Assembly: GCA_019747165.1 (NCBI GenBank)
Contig: JAIERC010000220.1
Span: forward strand, 1 to 53,772
Origin: Sphingomonas sp.
GTDB taxonomy: Bacteria > Pseudomonadota > Alphaproteobacteria > Sphingomonadales > Sphingomonadaceae
DNA length: 53,772 nt
Direction of reading: 5' to 3'
Positions 50,792 through 53,772 of this stretch are shown here, one piece after another. The first letter of the stretch is position 1. Each line of letters starts with the position of its first letter. Under the pieces are notes generated by a model that had not been told where the DNA came from, ran no database searches, and saw nothing but the letters and a program-made list of their open reading frames with translations. The translations under genes were made by a program, and so were the position numbers.

Positions 50792-52663
50792 TCAATAAGC
50801 CAATGCACAGCCGTCAGCACGCATCTCGCTCGCCGCTGCATAGACCCTTGTATCGCCGTCCATCCGGCGCTCGACGCATTCGTAGCGACCGAACCCACCG
50901 TCCGGCTCGCCGATCGTCCAACCAAGCTCTGCTAAGCGCTGCTGCGTGGCAAGCGGCACCCCTGATTCTAATCGCAGTAACCCGCGCGGACCAAGGCCCG
51001 ACGCATCCTCCCCCATCGACTGGGACGATCCCTCGTGATGCCAGCGCGGTGAATCACCCGCCGACTGGATTTCCAGGCCGTAATCGACACGGTTCGCAAT
51101 AATCTGCGTTTGGCCTTGAGGCTGCATGTCGCCGCCCATCACGCCAAAGCTCATCCACGGATCGACGCCACGTGTCGCAAAGCCCGGGATAATCGTTTGG
51201 AACGGTCGCTTGCCGGGGGCGTAGATATTGGGATGCCCGTCCTGGAGACTGAAAAGCTGCCCGCGATCCTGAAACATGAAGCCCAAGCCGTCTGCGACAA
51301 GACCTGATCCCATACCACGAAAGTTCGACTGGATCATCGACACCATCATGCCATCCTTGTCGGCGCAACTGAAATATGTGGTGTCGCCATGGCTTGGGGC
51401 TTGCCCAGGATAGACTGGGTCGAGGATGCGGTCGAGCCGGATCAATTTCGCACGCTCTTTCGCATAGTCTTTAGAAATCAGCCATTCGACCGGCACCTTG
51501 CTGAAATGCGGGTCGGCGTAAAAGCGCGCACGATCCTCATACGCAAGTCGCTTTGCCTCTGCCTGAAGATGGATCGACAAAGGGGATTGGAAACCTGCGC
51601 CGCCGAGATCGAACGTCTCCAATATGTTGAGCATTTGGAGCGTCGCAATCCCTTGCGTATTCGCGCCGAGCGCCAGAACATCCACGCCCCGATAGTTTGT
51701 TTTGTGCGGCTCGATCCATTCTGATCGATGTGCCGCCAAATCCTCGGCCCGCAGCCAGCCGCCGATCCGCTTGAAGTATCGATCGATCACCTGCGCAATG
51801 TCGCCCCGGTAGAACGCATCGCACCCGCCCGCCGCGATCGCTCGATAGGTGCGGGCTAAATCAGGATTGCGGAATACCTGCCCTGCCGCAGGGCCTTTGC
51901 CGTCCGAGAGGCCGTAGGTCTTGAGCGCGTTGGTGGTTTCCTCGATGCCGCTGCCCGGCTTGCGGAACGCGGCCATGCTTTGTCGGATATAATGGGCTAT
52001 GATGTCGGGCACTGGCGCACCAGCTTCGGCATGGGCAATCGCGGGCGCGAACAATTCAGCCCATGGCAGTCGACCGTGTCGTTTGTGCATGGTCCACCAT
52101 GCATCGACCGCGCCGGGCACGGACACCGCCACGGCACCGAGAGGCGGCAATGCGCCGCCGCGCGCACGGGAACGGACTATGTCTAGGCTGAGGCCCATCG
52201 GCGACGCGCCTGACCCGGCCAATCCCTCGACCTTGCGCTGCTTTGGGTCCCAGATCATCGCATAGGCATCACCGCCAATGCCGCATGCTGTCGGTTCCAG
52301 AAAACCCAGACAGGCGTTGATGGCGATCGCTGCATCCACTGCGGACCCGCCACGGCGAAGGATGTCGATCCCTGCCTGTGTCGCTAGGGGATGCGCAGTA
52401 CCCGCTGCCCCGTTCAATCCATATGCGGCCGTTCGGGACGCGAAGCTGGCGCCAACTGGTCGGTTGCCGGCGCTGACGTCGGGTCGGAGAAAACGGTCTT
52501 CGCCGGTGGTCCAGCGATGAGGCAGCCCGGAAACGCCGGTCGGGGAGGCTGCAGCCGCCCCTGGACCCTGCAGTTGAGGGCCGGTCTGAGGAGATTGTGC
52601 CAACGACATTCCGGGTATGAGCGCCGCACCCGGCAGCGTGGCAAGAAATGTACGACGATGCAT
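50792..52663 (-). CDS. ggt: Gamma-glutamyltransferase-family Ntn hydrolase with Tat signal
   Basis: MHRRTFL Tat motif; GGSAVDAAIA, GIGGD, VSVPGAV, nucleophile GDTTYF, PGKRPFQTI, GVMGGDMQPQG. Confidence 0.9.
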   Translation of the reverse strand: MHRRTFLATLPGAALIPGMSLAQSPQTGPQLQGPGAAAASPTGVSGLPHRWTTGEDRFLRPDVSAGNRPVGASFASRTAAYGLNGAAGTAHPLATQAGIDILRRGGSAVDAAIAINACLGFLEPTACGIGGDAYAMIWDPKQRKVEGLAGSGASPMGLSLDIVRSRARGGALPPLGAVAVSVPGAVDAWWTMHKRHGRLPWAELFAPAIAHAEAGAPVPDIIAHYIRQSMAAFRKPGSGIEETTNALKTYGLSDGKGPAAGQVFRNPDLARTYRAIAAGGCDAFYRGDIAQVIDRYFKRIGGWLRAEDLAAHRSEWIEPHKTNYRGVDVLALGANTQGIATLQMLNILETFDLGGAGFQSPLSIHLQAEAKRLAYEDRARFYADPHFSKVPVEWLISKDYAKERAKLIRLDRILDPVYPGQAPSHGDTTYFSCADKDGMMVSMIQSNFRGMGSGLVADGLGFMFQDRGQLFSLQDGHPNIYAPGKRPFQTIIPGFATRGVDPWMSFGVMGGDMQPQGQTQIIANRVDYGLEIQSAGDSPRWHHEGSSQSMGEDASGLGPRGLLRLESGVPLATQQRLAELGWTIGEPDGGFGRYECVERRMDGDTRVYAAASEMRADGCALAY

Positions 52664-52888
52664 GATGGAGGCCCCCGCTGCAGCAAAGCGATCTTTGCGC
52701 TCCGCGCCCGCTTCCGCAAGAGGGTACAAGGATGATCGGTGCTGTCAGTCTTGTGCGAACTCGTCTCTCGACGATGCAGATCGGGCTTTGAGGGCGACGT
52801 TCGGCTGGCGAACGACTGCTACTCGGCCAGTGCGGTTGAGCGGCGTTGCCTGAAGGTTTGGCGATCGACGATGTGGCGTTCAAGATTG

Positions 52889-52908
52889 ACCCGAAGGGCG
52901 GCGAAGCC
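52889..52908 (+). repeat. 20-bp double mini-hairpin insert, copy C
   Basis: ACCCGAAGGGCGGCGAAGCC splits the Phe codon of HNQ-F-NLERH, antisense to the transposase. Confidence 0.9.
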
Positions 52909-53261
52909 AACTGATTATGGACGGTGGCGTGGACCGAGGCGAACTTTTGCAGCGTCTTCATTCGCCTGAACCGGAGCATCGCGCGCTCGCTTCGTCGGAA
53001 GGGAAGGTGACTGTTCTCGACCCGATTGTTCGCCCATCGGCCAATCTCGTGACGATCCAGATTCCCCAATTCGCGCATGGCGGCGGGGTAGGATTTTAGC
53101 CCGTCAGTGACGATCGTTTCAGCCTGCCCATAGCGCTTCAGCGCCTTCTTCATGAAGGCGAGTGCCGCTGATTTATCCCGCTTTTTCGTGACGTAGCTCT
53201 CGAGGATTTCGCCTTCGTGATCGACGGCCCGCCAGAGGTAAACCATCTCCCCATTCAGGTT

Positions 53262-53281
53262 GGCTTCGCCGCCCTTCGGGT
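53262..53281 (-). repeat. 20-bp double mini-hairpin insert, copy D
   Basis: Identical to copy A, same site (DEMCV^NLNGE). Confidence 0.9.
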
Positions 53282-53697
53282 CACGCACATCTCGTCCAGG
53301 TGCCAACGTCGATGACGAGACCCGCGCATCCGACTGATCCGTTGCCGCCTGATGTCGCAAGCGAACATTGGCCCAAACTGATTCCACCACATCCGAACGG
53401 TTTCATGACACAGGTCGATCCCGCGCTCGAATAGCATGTCCGCGACATTTCGCAGCGACAGCGGGAAGCGCACATACATCATCACCACCAGCCGGATCAC
53501 TTCGGGCACGAGATGAAACAGCGAAAAGGCGAGGGAGGCTTAGCTCTCGATTTGCGGCTCATTCGCGTCCGCTATCAGCACCGCCAGCCGACTGCCACAT
53601 TGGTCTGACAGCGCCTTTGCAGCGTCAGGTTTTTTGGGGAGCGATTATGGGAACAATCCCCAAGGAAGTAATTTTATCTAATAAAATCAATGGCAGA

Positions 53698-53772
53698 TGG
53701 CGGAGCGGGAGGGATTCGAACCCTCGATACGCTTTTGACGTATACTCACTTTCCAGGCGAGCGCCTTCGACC
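53698..53772 (-). tRNA. tRNA-Ser(GGA), 5' end cut by window edge
   Basis: Reverse strand: CTCGC-CTGGAAA-GTGAG anticodon arm, long variable arm ATACG..CGTAT, GAGGG-TTCGAAT-CCCTC, CCA. Confidence 0.95.

Larger units (their letters stand above)
52738..53615 (-). mobile_element. IS6-family element, full length but frameshifted
   Basis: IRs GGTGCTGTCAG / CTGACAGCGCC; WHLDE, YLWRAVD, IVTDGLKSY, NNRVENSHLPFRR; two 20-bp inserts and a 1-bp loss near 53505. Confidence 0.92.

Noticed and set aside
52269-53390. 373-aa ORF as a real fusion protein
   Set aside because: It is the middle frame of the IS6 transposase between the two 20-bp inserts, reading on out of frame over ggt.
1-53772. Single integrative element with attL/attR
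   Set aside because: The flanking tRNAs are different isoacceptors in inverted orientation, and no integrase or direct repeat was found.

Overview
Alphaproteobacterial (Sphingomonadaceae-like, inferred from gene content and codon style) accessory-rich region between two convergent tRNA-Ser genes, both cut by the window edges; no integrase is present. Left to right: a divergent HTH-citrate-synthase / family III CoA-transferase pair; an ABC-transporter-dependent capsule locus (KpsMTE, OPX export lipoprotein, GT4 and GT2-GT4 glycosyltransferases, CDP-alcohol phosphotransferase, four SAM methyltransferases plus an apparently dead paralog) broken by IS5, IS630 and IS3 remnants; gene relics (MetE-like, OMF, OPX fragments); an HTH-TM-TPR sensor with a TonB receptor; a papain-fold protein lacking its catalytic residues; a cobalamin-riboswitch-controlled corrinoid uptake/salvage operon; and three co-oriented IS6 remnants bracketing an MFS transporter, a beta-propeller phosphoesterase, a Pls-like membrane NRPS and a Tat-exported GGT. 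The strongest novel signal is a 20-bp double GAA-mini-hairpin element (ACCCGAAGGGCGGCGAAGCC), found four times, only in IS6 transposase genes, at two distinct TG^AA sites in opposite orientations. Second is the Pls-like NRPS + GGT pair. All calls come from motif recognition by eye; no searches were run.
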